A stretch of 61,759 nt of DNA, counting the filler, from Choristocarpus tenellus KU-1152 (taxonomy: Eukaryota > Protista > Phaeophyceae): assembly GCA_964200185.2 (NCBI GenBank). It is 11 parts of 11 records of this genome, joined end to end, with 100 filler letters (N's around TTAATTAATTAA, not from the genome) between each part and the next. Parts side by side here need not be neighbours in the genome. Positions count along the whole stretch, not along the records: positions 38,356 to 49,267 come from CAXNAD020002633.1; positions 49,368 to 55,696 come from CAXNAD020008375.1; 9 more parts are not named here. One strand, written 5' to 3'. Below the pieces are notes generated by a model that did not search any database, had not been told where the DNA came from, and saw only the letters and a program-made list of their open reading frames with translations. Positions within the stretch are counted from its first letter, which is position 1. Each line of letters begins with the position of its first letter. The position numbers were made by a program, and so were the translations under genes. Shown here piece after piece: positions 38,415-51,911 of this stretch.

Positions 38415-40054
38415 TTCGGGTCAGGTACTTTATCAATGCCTCTACTACATGAAATGTATCTCTTGCCCCATTGTAATTTCTGTCTTGTTCACCAATGCCT
38501 GTGCACCACCCTTCAAGACTCAAGACTCTTTCGTCATCCAGTCTCTTGCCCCTACTGCCTTCATAGTCCTGCTCTTTTATGGTGCATCTCTTCTCTCACA
38601 TATTGCATCTTGCACCCCTTCTAACGCATTGTTACAACCCAGTGTTTGCATCCACGTCACAGCATAGAATACAACAACAACAAAATGGTACAGTTCATCC
38701 TTCTTTTTAAGATGTTCTCCGCCCGTGTACACTTGCTTTTGAGTGTAGATATTTTGCCTCTTACATATGTCGTATCTTGGTTGTATCATATCGAGTCACC
38801 CACACATGGGTGTGTTGTGTGCTTTGTGCATACCGTATTTACTGCATCTATGAATCACCCTGGGTCAGTGTGAGGACACCTTACTGCATACAGTACACTC
38901 ATATCTCTAGAATGGACTCAGGGAGTCATTTTAAACACACACAAATCATATCTCAGTGATTTCAACACCCAACTGCAACAACCACTCAATACTCTATAGT
39001 CATAGGTGCTACTATGGTTCAAAAATCAAGAAATACATTTGGCCTTTGCTACAACACACAATGGATAACCCTACTTCAAAGTATAATACTAATCTATTAC
39101 TTGCACAAGTACTAGTACATCTTTTTGTGTGACAACGGCAAACTAGACTATTGTGTATGATGGAGGTCTGGGGCAAGGTTGAGAGCAGGTAGTCGAGACA
39201 ATTGTCCTCTATCTCATCATGCAGTCAAGTGGAAATGTTGAGATAACATGTACAACTCCTCCTTTAGCAGCAACGGATGATTGGGGGAAATTCTGTGTCC
39301 AGTGTGCACCCGGCAGCTTTTCTCATGCCAAGAACTAAACACCGCAAAGCTCACCAAAACAAGTCATAGCAAGAGGTCCATGCAATCGGTAGAACATGCA
39401 CATTTTTGTAACATACTCAAGTCAAGGACCCTGCATAAAAATGGCATCAAGATCAAGTGCTGCAACTAGCAATTTGATTAATGACTATAGGTCACATATC
39501 TGTGAGCTCATCCTTGGTGCTCATCAAGCTAGGTAATACATTGATACACCAAATATCATGCACGTAATACTTGTGATTTTGCATAGCAGGCAGGTTGGGT
39601 TCGATAGCAGCTGGCACTGCAATTGAATCAAATTGTAATGCTCATACCTCCTCCCAATCTTAGCATGTCAGTATACATAGGAGATTTTTGTCTACCACCA
39701 ACTTCATACTTGGTGCTCTGTAACACAAGATATTGTCTGGAATGACCATTTCTAGATAGAGCGCTATAATAACAGGACAAAAGACTAGTTACTTTGATAT
39801 GACTAGCACAAAACCTAAAATGTAGCCATCACATGAATGTATATGTTATTGACCATGCATCCTTGCTGTACAGGAGATGTACTTGGTATATACAGGGGAT
39901 GTCGAGTCAGAGGATGAGCATCAAGGCCTAAGCTATGGTGGACTCTACATATGATGTCACAGTCAATACACTCCAAAAAAGAAACACATATCAAATATAC
40001 TCCTGTTTAAAACTCTAAAATTTCCTCCGGTTGAAAAAGAGAAATCTGGTATGA

Positions 40055-43000
40055 CTAGCTAACAGCACAAGATTGATCCTTCTCAACCACTGACACGCCA
40101 TCTTGCTTATTTGTCGAAGTCCTGGCAACATCCATGGTCGAGGTAGATGACCCAGGACGGACTCTATATGATTGTTGATATCGAAGAGCAGATGAGGGGG
40201 AAGAAACAGCTCTCGTCCGAAGGCCTATGGTGGGTGGCTGGAGGTTTGTGACTGGAGATCCCCGCACCCTTCCATAGAGCTGCTGCTGGACAAGACATGC
40301 AATGACAACATATTACATGAATTGTAATATTAGTCAAGGTTGGGTTACAAAAGGCAAGTCATGTCTCTGGGATGCATGCAATCATCATCCAGGTACTCTA
40401 TTGGTACTAGAACGTATTATGTCAACACAATAATTTTAACAACAATAGTGCCTTTCCTTTCTCTTCTTGTACATAAATAGCATGTATCCTTGGCAGGTGC
40501 TATCAACACCATTTATGTGTCAAAACCAATATAGAACTGCTGCAGTTCAACTACAAAAAAATCACAATCAAATGCTAGCAGTACATAGCACACAATGATC
40601 ATGAACAAATCAGAGAGGAAATGGGTAGGGAAAAGGGTGGGGTCACACAACAGGTAGATCTGTCATGGAAAAACATCAACATCTCAAAGTAAGAGATATG
40701 TTGATAATGTTACTAGCAAACCTACCACCGGTACATGATGTATACACACATTGGCTGCTCATTCGCACCTGTGAAGAACCCTTGGGAGGAGATGTGAACA
40801 TATCTTGTTTTGATTCACGGCGGTGTGACCAGTGACCTGACCTCTCTGACTTGCCTTCAGGCCCCTGCAGGCTGAAGTATGGCTCATCAGATTGAATAGC
40901 AGAACTCCCCTTGGGTGGGAGGACGAGGTTTCCAAATCAAACAAGCAAGGGACTGATCGTTAACTCCATACACAATATACATTGCACTGCACCTCTCCAA
41001 ACCACCGCATGGTGACAACAAAGTGATATACAGGAACATAATCAAACTAACCCATGTGCACTTCACATCTAGGCATCCTTGACTGCTACAGTTGGTTGAG
41101 AAGTTTGAGCTACCAGCTGTCTACAAGTTTCTGACCTAAAACCCAATCAGTACATCACTCACATCATATTCAGTGGTCAATGAAAGCATGGTGACCTCGG
41201 CCAAAAGGCATATGGCATTCAAGGCATTACATCTATGGGTGAGCTGCAGATGTGTCAAAAGACAATTCAATGAGAATGCTCAGAATGCTATAAAAAAATT
41301 GCACAGTATCTAAGGACTACAGTATCAGACTAGTTCAGATAGAGCTACAAAGAAAATAATAACCTGATCAATTAAACCTACTTTTTTTTGTCCCAACACG
41401 TGGTTAAACTGATTTTACTCAAGTTTACACATGAAAGCAGACGCAAACCAGCTTGAGTTCATCGAGCACCTTGGGTGGAGTATGTGCAGTGTGTTGGTGT
41501 GATTCCTGCCATTGGATCCCCCTCGCACTCCCAGGTACCTGCACAAATAAGCAAGATTACTTAAGACTCCTCACCATTTACCTAGCAGGGCTGACTGTTA
41601 GGGTGGTACTAGAGACAAAGGATAAACACCTCAAACTTGAAGTATATGTACCTGGGGCAAAGCTTCACACAGTATGCATACAGGGTCGACAGGCAGGATC
41701 CATCCAACAAGTTCTCGACTACTTGTAGTGCATGCTATGGAACTGTCAAACATGGGCAGACATGGATGCATCGTGTAGCAATAATCCCACTCCCAAAGAA
41801 TAAGGAAGATGCTACTTTTACTATGAATGAATACAATCCTCCAGGTGCACAGAAAAAGCAACAGCTGCTACTCAATCCAAGGTCTATCTGGTCTTGCAAA
41901 ATAAACTTGTCCAAGTAAGATAGTCTCCACAACCAGGATCATAAGCTTCTGATAGAACACATGAGAACATACCCTTACCCACAAGGTGATGCCGTAAGCA
42001 AGGATTAAACAAAAGAATAATTGCAACTCACTGGGTCAAACACCTTTCCACCCAAAACCCCATCAAAACCCACTACTTACTTCATCCTATCAAATCCTCC
42101 TTCTCTACACTACACCTGTAGCTGCTGCCCAGAGCCTTCCCCAGAGTCTTTGGGGGTAATCCGGGACAACATTCCACCCAAGTGCCACTGATTGTCTTCC
42201 TTGTATGAAGGAATGAATACTGGTTTTGACATGCAAGAAGGCGGTGACTGCTCAGTACAGGCAGGTACAGCACACAGAGCAGTACATACAATGGCAAGGG
42301 ATATTGTTAGTCAGGTATACTCAATACTAGAGTGAGGTAGGACAAAGTGTCCAAACCTCCAAACAAAAGAAGCTATTTGAGAAAGACGTAGTATGCTGTA
42401 TAAAAAAAACACCGGCTACTCCCACCAAACTGTAAGCACGAATGCATACAAATTGTTGCAACAAACCACACAAAATAAGCGCCTTTTCTACACAAACCTC
42501 TCATGTCATACTTGTCAAATTTGAAGGATGATGAGCCATTTCGGTAAATAAAGTAAGTGAGAAAAACATGAAATGCATTTCGAGAGTTGTTAGAAAGGGT
42601 ATAGGAGATCAAGAGGTGACAGTTGTAGTCAAGTTAGTGCCTGAAAACATTCTGTCCCTACAATCCATGTTGTCAAAACCATCAACACATGCTGCAAAGC
42701 TGCAACTACGTCAAGCAATAGCTCAATAGTTACTTAACATTTACTCAATAGTGAAGAACTAATTCCATTAAAGCAAGAAAATGAATCAGTTGTATTCAAA
42801 TCGCCGCTACTGCAGCAGAACCTGCTAGCTCTCAATCCGAGTACTTAAATCACAGTATCTTATGGCATATTGCAGCCTCTCAAGTGTTGCTACTTTTGAT
42901 ATTATATACTAGTATATACTAGTGGCACATCAACACTGAACACGGTATTATTTCACATATATCTATCTCACATGTCGAAGAGCGCCATCGATCTCTGCCA

Positions 43001-45076
43001 CACAGGAAACTGTAAATGAGTAGAACTCGCCGGGCTCCAGGCCATCAATGATGGCCGAGGCAGCCTCTGATTGAGGCAAGGATAGGTTCTTTCGTAATGC
43101 AATTCCTCGATCAATGATCTGGTTACAACAAGGAGCATAAGGGGGGTTGAAAAAAATTGTACTTATAAGAGAAAAAAAAACTCTAGCAGTAGTTTGAAGG
43201 CAATAGGCGAAGGCTCAAAGCCCACTGCATTTGAAATTGGTTGGCTGATTGATTGGCAAGATCGTATATGATAAAGAGCAACCCTTCCAGTAATATAGTA
43301 ATGGACACCATAATTGAAACAAATTAGTTTTGTACCGTCCAATCCACACTGTCTGACAACAATTATTCTTACGCTGGGAGGAAATCGCCAGTTTCCTTTT
43401 TGGTTGAAGGGTCTGCTGCTGATCCTCTCAATTTCAAACACTCTAGGCTATGTTTATCAAGGTGTATCAGCTGGTTAAGTGGCAACCTCTTGCAACTCGA
43501 TGGTGCATGCTTCTCTCATATGTGCTAAGAACAAGCTACTGGGATGCTACAAACTTGCCTATCACATGTATCACATATTGGGGTTGGACTTGTTCATGAC
43601 ATAGCAGACATGCAAGGCCACCTTTACTGTGCATGCAAACCCAAAGCAAAGGGTGCCAAGGAAAGGAACACAAGGAATTGCATGTGCTGGGCTTGTCTCT
43701 TTTGGCCCTTGGAATACAAAAATCAAATGTCACATAAGAGAGATTTGCTTGAAAACTTTGATCAATCAGACCTGATTGCGACAAAAGTCCCTGCGCTGCT
43801 CCAAAGCTCCTGCTGCAGAGGCCCTGACAACCTCCCTGGCCTTGCTCTTACACCAGCACTTGATCAAGTATCGCTCAGTCTCACCACACCTAGTGGGTAG
43901 GAGGCTATCCTGAGAGGGCACCCGCCATCGTACCTCCACAGTTGGTGCACCATCCTCCGGCTCCAAGCTAGACAGATCGATCAGAGTGGCCTGCACCCTC
44001 AGTGGGGAACGTGGAACTTTTCTAGGAGGCTCCTGCAGCACACTAAGGACAGGCTCTTGGTACGATGAAAAGTTATGGCGAGCCTTTTGGGAAAAGTGAA
44101 AGGCTGTCCGGGAGTCATCTGCTTTCATCTCAACCTTAGCACCCGCCCGCAGCAGCAGCCAGCAGCATTCTTTGCTGCTGGTCAGAGCGGCACCCATCAG
44201 GGGCGAGTAACCACCAAGCTTCGAGGTCACATTGGGGTCTGCCCCAGCAGCTAACAGTTCCGCGACGCATGTTGCATAGCCATCATTGCAGTCAGGTTCC
44301 GGCCGGGAGCGATACCCGAAGGACAACGGCCCACCCATTGTCGCACACCCGGCAGCCAAATGCAGCAGACTCCAGCCCATGTGACTTAACCGAGACACAG
44401 TTGCAGGGTCACCACCATCCAGCAAAAACTTCGAGAGTCGAATGGAGTCACCGTGTTCGGCAGCCTGGAGGGCTCCAGGTGTTCCGACGGCCCCGTCATC
44501 CATTATCTGCTGAGAGTTGTCTCGAACATCATTCACTACGTCAGCGTCCCCTCCGTGCTCGTACAATGTTGCTGGAACTTTGTCCTCTCTGCGTATGAGG
44601 TCCGACAGGGACATCAACTTGTGTCCGTTATCTTCCTCACCATCTTCCTCCTGGGAACGGGTATTTGATAATTGTCTTCCAGATGCTAGGCCATAACGAT
44701 CCATGGACGGCACCCTGGAGTTTCCAGGCGAGCCGGTAGATCTTCTTTGTTCTGCGCCGATGTTACTCCCCTGGCTTCCATTCGCACTTAGAATTCCTCC
44801 ACTTGCTTGTCTCTGGAGTGAGGCGGGCTTCCCCCCGAAAAATTCAGGTCGACCTCCTGACCACCAAGTCAGACCATGGGAGGATGCGGACCTTGTCGTC
44901 GGTGGCCTTATGAATGTCTCACTCTCCGATCGCCTGTGTCGTGAGGCAAAAGGGGGCAAAGAGGGAAGAAGATCGCCTTCACCCGAAATATCCAAGCACG
45001 CTTCCCCAACTGAAGGGAGTGGACCAGTGCTGATGTTCCCCTCCACTGATCCCAAGCTTGGTTTAGAGACGGCCAT
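40055..45076 (-). CDS. Ankyrin-repeat + fibronectin-III-like protein with long disordered termini; exons 45076-43772, 43118-42972, 42247-42116, 41538-41470, 40909-40769, 40285-40055
   Basis: Ankyrin motifs GWSLLHLAAG, CVAELLAAGADPN, GYSPLMGAA...LLLRAGA. FN3-like PRSPLRVQA...VEVRWRVP...YLIKC...IIDGLEPGEFYSFTVSC. All five introns are phase-0 GT-AG and join to a stop at 40055. Confidence 0.85.
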
Positions 45077-45262
45077 ATTAAGACTTCAATGAGGATTTGA
45101 CACAAGAGCAGTTAGGTATGTCAACCCAATGGGTTTTATAAATAGTGTACAGGCTATCGGGTATAGTCGAATCACAATGTGTAACGAGAACACAGACTAA
45201 AATGTATGGAGCTACTCCTGGCTCGGTACCTCTCGCCAGTGTAGTATATCTCTCCAGTAGCA
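45077..45262. promoter_or_regulatory. Putative bidirectional promoter (186 bp between divergent ATGs)
   Basis: Head-to-head start codons at 45076 (-) and 45263 (+); TTTTATAAATA at ~45134. Confidence 0.55.
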
Positions 45263-48200
45263 ATGCCATTGAGAAAAAATAGCAATGGATCGTCCCAAGG
45301 TAGTAGTGACAGTGAAGCTGGCAGCACGGGAAGCGATAGTATAACCGGAGAAGAAGAGACCAACAACGATGAAGCTGGATCGAGTTCTAATGGTGAAAGA
45401 TCTACTATCCATTCTATCAGCTCACAAGACGGAAAAAATGACGGCGAGAATAATGACTCAACCTCGAACTCATCCAGTTCAAGCAGTGGCGCCGGATTTG
45501 GCAATGCCCTCAAAGATCGGTTCAATTCTCTTTTCAAAAAAAAAGATAAGTCTCCTCTGGACGAAACTCCTTCCGACGAAGATCTGAGTCCCCTGATTGA
45601 CAGGTGAGAAAGTAAGGTTTTCTATGCAATCAATACAGATTCATAACTCAGGTTTGATACAAGCTGGTCCGATCGAGGAATGTGAGGGTTTGTCAACTGA
45701 GATTTCTCGAGAACCAGCGCAAAAAAATCATATCTGCATGCATGTACTGGAGTTCTCTAGGTGCTCCCAATGAGTCGGAAGACTCAATTCCGCCATAATG
45801 TTTTCATGCGCCCTGCAGTTGGAGATCTCTTAGCAGTGGTGCGATGTTTTGACTTGATGCATGGCCACAAGTATCTTGCTTGAATGAAGTGTTACATAGA
45901 GTCGTAATCTACCATCATTGTTGCTTTGACTATTAAGTTTTAGGTCAACCCTCTCTCATTCTCACATGGTTTTCCGAGTTAGACCAGAATTTTTTGGTAT
46001 CACCTCTCTTTGTACAAGTATATGAATTGTTTGCACCCTCGAAAATTCTGCAAGGAATGTCATCCATGATGCTGGTGTTCTCGTAGGGACAGGCTCTAGA
46101 ACGAAAGTAAGGTGGAAAAAATTGGCCCATCCATGCAAGAAGTTCTAGTCGATAGTTCTTATGTAGGTCATAGAAAGGTTTCTTTAACCGGCCACTGTGT
46201 AAAAACCATCATAGGCCACAATTCATACAAAGGCATGCTACTGTTCATAACTGGCGAAAAGTTCCAATTGAACTGGTAAATCATGCAGTGATCCCAAGTT
46301 TACTATGCCCCTCTGTTCTTCAGGTGTTTTACAGCAGGTCTGCATTGATGCCGGAAACAGCTTAACTACTCCCAAGGGTATTTTTGGGTTTTAATTAAGA
46401 AACGCAAATGTCATTTTTCCATTCTCTAGCATTAAGTAAGTATCAGTTTTGTCTTTTTTAGGAGAATGCGATCAAGCACTATACTGTACTGCTGCTTGTT
46501 GATGCATTACTGCCCTTTCCCAAACATTATCTTCAAACTCGAACATCCTAATTGGCATCTGCTTACTTGATATTAATTTTTTTTAGCTCTTTAATCAGAG
46601 CAATAATCAATATTACCGTAGGTTGAATCAAAGGATTTTGGGGGTGACAATGTTAGCCTCAATTCAAAGATATGTGCCCTCCCACAATCACGGTTGCAAG
46701 CATCTGTTTTGATCCCAGGAAACATCTTTCACTCCAACAGAGTAGACAACAAGCTTCTTGCTGAAGTTGAGGAATACAATGCTGCTCCAACTGAAGCTGC
46801 AGACTATGGAAAGGCAATGTTTTGGGATGAGCGATATTCCAGTAATACAGAGGTGATGTGCCCATGTGCTCTTTCATGATCAGGGTGGTGATATTTATGA
46901 TGATTTCAAGGCCTGGGGACACCATCAACTAGTGCACACTAGCAGGATGTTTTTCACACACACTTTTAGTTGTACCTGGTATGTGGGGGTCTATAACATC
47001 TTGTCAAACTTGGACTATAACAAAGCTATCTGTTACTTCAATGAGTGAAAGTATCATAGAGGGTACGAATTTTGCCCTGTTTGTCCATTTGGGGCTTGGT
47101 TTCCTACTGTTTTTTTATGGCATTTTCCTACTCCAAAGTGTTTCGAAGTAGATAAAATGTGTATGCTATGAAAATATGTCTTTGCAACAAGGATATTGGC
47201 CCTTTCTAACACAGTAGCCAAAACTCCATCAAAATCGCAACATTTGATTTTGGCCCCCAAACGGATGAGTGAGAGTATCTTAGGGTTAGGGTACGAGTTT
47301 TGCCCTGTTTGTCCGTTTGGGCCTTGACTTCCCATGGGTTTGTATGATATTTTACCTACTCCGAAACATTTTGAAGTAGGTAAAATGTTTATGTTACCAA
47401 ATGTTATGTCCGGAGCAAGGACATCGACACTTCCTAACAAACACAATAGCCAAAATTACATCAAAATTATAACATTGGATTTTGACCTCCAAACAGACGC
47501 GACTCTGCCCTCTAAGATACTTTGACTCAAATTGTCTTAGAGCAATTCTCAACCTGATGCCAAATTGGGTTGAGACAAAGCATCTTAGAGGGTAGAGCTG
47601 CGTCCATTTGGGGGTCAAAATCCAATGTTGCGATTTTGATGTAATTTTGATGTAATTTTGACTATCGTGTTTGTTAGGGATTGTCTGTATCCTTACTCCA
47701 GACACACCTACTGCAATATATTTTCGATCAGGAATGTGTCATAAGAAACCCATGGGAAGTCAAGGCCCAAACGGACAAACAGGGCAAAACTCGTACCCTA
47801 ACCCTAACATACTTTCACTCGGTCGCTACCTACAAAGACCTTTGCCTGAAGAGGCTAACATGTGATGGTAGACACCTATTTCATACCATAGTCCCTGTAT
47901 CGAACCAGGTTGATGTTTGAAGATCCTCGGCCTTTCAATGCATAACATAATGCCATTCTCCCTCCTCATCATCAACATTTAGGCATTTGAATGGTATCAT
48001 CCCTGGGCTACTCTGGCTCCATTCCTCACACAATATATGGACGAGGATGACATGATACTTGTCTGTGGCTGTGGAAACTCAGAAATGAGTGTGGATATGT
48101 ATGATGATGGTAAGCTACAATATACTACAGTATGGAGTGTAACCCCTCACCTACTATACTCTTCCATCACTGATCATACCATCTTCCACACATACATAAA

Positions 48201-48913
48201 CATTGAGAGCACTGGTTTGTGTAGTGTTGACTGCTCCTGCAAGCCACCATGTTATTTCCACTTTCCAACAGTAATATGACACCGACTATCTTCGAAACAA
48301 GGGTTTGAGAACATTGTTAATGTGGACATCTCCCGGGTTGTGATCCTTCAAATGGAAGACCTGTATGAAGAATACAATATGACATGTGAGTACAAAATGG
48401 ATATACTCCGAGTAGTACATATGGGGAGAAGCTCCTGGATGCACCCTACTATTCTAGTGTTTTCTGTGAGTCATTAGTTTGTGCTGTATGAACGTACACC
48501 ATAACCGCCTGTTGTAGGACTACTTGGTATAACCCTAACCCTACAACACACACTGGGTATGTAACAAATTGATAATGGAAGAGTGACTAGCTTGTGCTGC
48601 TCAGCAAAATTTGAAACTGCATTCACAAGATGTAGAACGACACATATTAATGTAGAATGACACCTGTTACTAGGAATCACCTGTTTTTCTCAATTCTTCT
48701 CTTGATTTTTTCCCAACTCATCTTGAAGGACCCAAGGAAATAATGTGCTGTTGTTTGGGGATTATTGTCACTAGGGAAAGCAATGAATCTGAAACAGACC
48801 AACTTTCCAGATGAGAAATTCGATGTGGCTTTGGACAAAGGATGCCTAGACGCTATCCTTTGTGGTATGGATGGGACCCAGAAAGCCAAAGACTATCTCC
48901 AAGAGCTTGACAG
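45263..48913 (+). CDS. METTL13/EEF1AKMT4-like class I SAM-dependent protein-lysine methyltransferase; exons 45263-45603, 46741-46852, 47983-48109, 48302-48385, 48775-48913 (3' end beyond contig)
   Basis: DYGKAMFWDERY...AFEWY, ILVCGCGNSEMSVDMYDDGFENIVNVDIS, FPDEKFDVALDKGCLDAILCG. Introns are GT-AG and in phase. Confidence 0.92.
47043..47820. mobile_element. Cluster of three MITE family A copies in an intron (47043-47266 -, 47267-47528 -, 47572-47820 +)
   Basis: TIRs and interior match 19925-20194; two copies carry TTAGGGTTAGGG inside the TIR. Confidence 0.9.
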
Positions 48914-49367
48914 GTCAGCAAAAACATCCTGTCAAGCTCCTTCTAAATAATTGATGTTGAATTTTTACTCCTAAATAATTATAAGCACGAAATTCAAAAT
49001 ACTAAGTACAGTAACTTGCAAACAAAGAAATATTCAAGTTGTGCACGGATGGGAAATGTGCACCTACAGTATCAGGGCCATTATTGCTGTACTATATGCA
49101 CTTCATCTCCTTAGGATTTTTTGTAGTTATCCACACTCCATATATATACTATATAATGTTATTTAGCGTGATAGAACAACCAAACTCTTTTCCCGAGTAC
49201 TTCAGATAAATTATCTAGAATTTTCCCTAGTTCACCACCTAGACCTGGGTAAAAGTATCTTGGGGGGNNNNNNNNNNNNNNNNNNNNNNNNNNNNNNNNN
49301 NNNNNNNNNNNTTAATTAATTAANNNNNNNNNNNNNNNNNNNNNNNNNNNNNNNNNNNNNNNNNNNN

Positions 49368-49812
49368 CAAATGGACAGCCGCCACCCCCTCCTCAGATAC
49401 TTTGAGCCTGCAAAGTATCTTAGGGATAGGGTAGAGCCGCGTCCGTTTGGGGGTCAAAATCCAATGTTGTGATTTTGATGTAAATTTGGCTATTGTGTTT
49501 GCTAGGAAGTGTCAATATCCTTGTTCCGGACACATCTTTCATAGTATATACATTTTATCAAAATTGCAACATTGGAATTTGGTCCCCAAATGGACGCAGG
49601 TCTACCCTAACCCTACGATGCTTTGACTCATCGTGTTTGTTAGCAAGTTGTAATATCCTTGCTCTGGACACACCTTTCATAGCCCTATATATTTTACCTA
49701 CTCCAGAATCCGAAATTTTGATACAGAAAACCGAAAAAGGGCATAAGAGACTCATGGGAAGCCAAGCCCTGAATGGATGAACAGGGCAAAACTTGTACCC
49801 TCTTAAATGCTT
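49368..49812. mobile_element. MITE B2 end followed by rearranged or nested family A pieces
   Basis: AGATACTTTGAGCC, then CAAAGTATCTTAGGGATAGGGTAG..., an inverted left arm ending GCTTTGACTC (49629), and a right arm ending TACCCTCTTAAATGCTTT. Confidence 0.8.
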
Positions 49813-50259
49813 TGTGTTGTTTATTCCTAAAAGTGGTTGGTCAGACCGGCAAGTGATACTTCTCCACCTCCCATCCCGTCATTCTTTTCCTGTCTATGAG
49901 GCAACAGCAGTTGTGGGGTGGTTGACTTGGCTTAGGTCTCGATTGAATGAAAATGAGAATGAAAATGAGCTGCTGCATTCCGTGGAATAAGGTTTGGGCT
50001 CTTGTCGGAGAGTATTGGTAAGTGGGGAGGGGCATGGAGGGACGGACAGGTGACTAAGGACAAAACCTGTTAATGTTCTGACAAGTTTTACGCTCCATTA
50101 CCATGTAGTTCATTGTTGTTGTTTACTGTAGGGTGTTCCTCAATTAAGGGGGCGAATCACAACGCAAACTTCATACTAACTTGCCCCCCAAGCAACACCG
50201 GTGATGGTGAACCCATATGTGACAAAAATAAATAGGTAAGAGCGTTTGTGTACTGCGGA

Positions 50260-50553
50260 GTAGTCATCCTGATTGCGTTGTAGTCATCCTGATTGCGTTG
50301 TAGTCATCCTGATTGCGTTGTAGTCATCCTGATTGCGTTGTAGTCATCCTGATTGTGTTGTAGTCATCCGGATTGTGTTGTAGTCATCCTGATTGCGTTG
50401 TAGTCATCCTGATTGTGTTGTAGTCATCCTGATTGCGTTGTAGTCATCCTGATTGCGTTGTAGTCATCCTGATTGCGTTGTAGTCATCCTGATTGTGTTG
50501 TAGTCATCCTGATTGTGTTGTAGTCGTCCTGATTGCGTTGTAGTCATCCGGAT
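50260..50553. repeat. Minisatellite, 20-bp unit GTAGTCATCCTGATTG(C/T)GTT, about 14.5 copies
   Basis: Seen directly; head-to-tail with no spacers. Confidence 0.97.
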
Positions 50554-51437
50554 ATCGTTCATTAACAAGGAGTCAACGGAAGTGAGAGAAGAGGTACCCA
50601 GAGTTGCATTTTATGGATGCTGGCAAGTATATGTGGAAAATCTGACTTTTTTTTTTTCAAATTTGTAGTGTCGGAAAGGGATTTCTTCTGAATTGTGTCA
50701 GAAAGTTTGGAACTATAGATAAACATAGCAGTATTAGTCAAACTTAGCACTTCATCCATAGAAGAAAGGATGAATTGCAAGAGATTGGAATACTAGATTT
50801 GGAATGCGATACGGTCAATACCTAGGCAACCACTTGGTTACTTTGGTGCAGGTGAATCAGCAAGATGGAAATTTAGAGCTTTTCTTGCTCAGTTAAATCA
50901 TAGTGTGGAGTACTTCTTGTGTAGAGCCCTAGGACGCATATTATGTTCGGCAACCTATAGTTTCAATCTCTAACTTACCCCTTGTGACCCTCTAGTGGAA
51001 AGAATGGGAAGGTTACATTTTGAATTTCATGTTTGTTGATACAATAATGATGACTACTAATACTTCAGTTTCTACTAATACTTCAGTTTGTCAGCTGAGA
51101 AGTTTGAAGAAGTCAACTGGAAGGGAGGGATATGAAGAAAAGGGTACACCTTTCTTTGTCCGTTCCAAAATTATTTTGTGGGACTGGGAGGTGTGGATAA
51201 GTTAGTTCTTTGCAACTCTTCTGGTTTCTCCAGACAGATGTGAAGGGGAAAGGTAGTTGTCCGGATCATCCTCTTGAGTAGGATGTCAACGCTCAAGTTT
51301 ATTAATGATGTTCAGAGGTGAAAAAGGATGATGACAACCTGGAATGGATGCTAGGTGTTTTTTATATTCATGCTACTTGACATTTCTAACCCCAACCCTA
51401 ACCCTAAGTTTTTGTTGTTGTTGTTCTGGGGCTAAGA

Positions 51438-51693
51438 TTCAAAGTATCTTAGAGGGTATAACCGCGTCCGTTTGCGGGCCAAAATCCAATGTTGCGATTT
51501 TGACGCAATTTTGGCTATCGTGTTTGTTAGGAAGTGTTAATATCCTTGTTCCGGACACACCTTTAAATAATGAAATCATTTAACCCCCTTTGAAACATTT
51601 TGGAGTTGGTAAGATGTCATAAAAAACCCGTGGGAAACCAAGCCCCAAACAAACAAGACAAACACAGCAAAACTCATACCATCTAAGATACTA
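51438..51693 (+). mobile_element. MITE family A copy (diverged right end)
   Basis: ATTCAAAGTATCTTAGAGGGTA ... TACCATCTAAGATAC. Confidence 0.82.
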
Positions 51694-51911
51694 TACTGTC
51701 ACTCCAATCCTAACCTGAATGAATCGACTGACTCCTGACCTTAACAGTATCCTTATCCTTATCTCTCTGAGCTTGGGTTGTAGTGACTTGTACCTGAGCT
51801 ACTCCTCACTGGATATCAGTCATATAAATATACCATGGCCCTAGGCCTGCATTATGATTTTAATGACAACCTAGAGCCTTGAACTGATTTGAAGTCCCAT
51901 TTATTCCTTAG

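Noticed and set aside
50260-50553. 20-bp repeat array as a CRISPR array
   Set aside because: Units are head-to-tail with no unique spacers, there are no cas genes, and the context is eukaryotic; it is a minisatellite.
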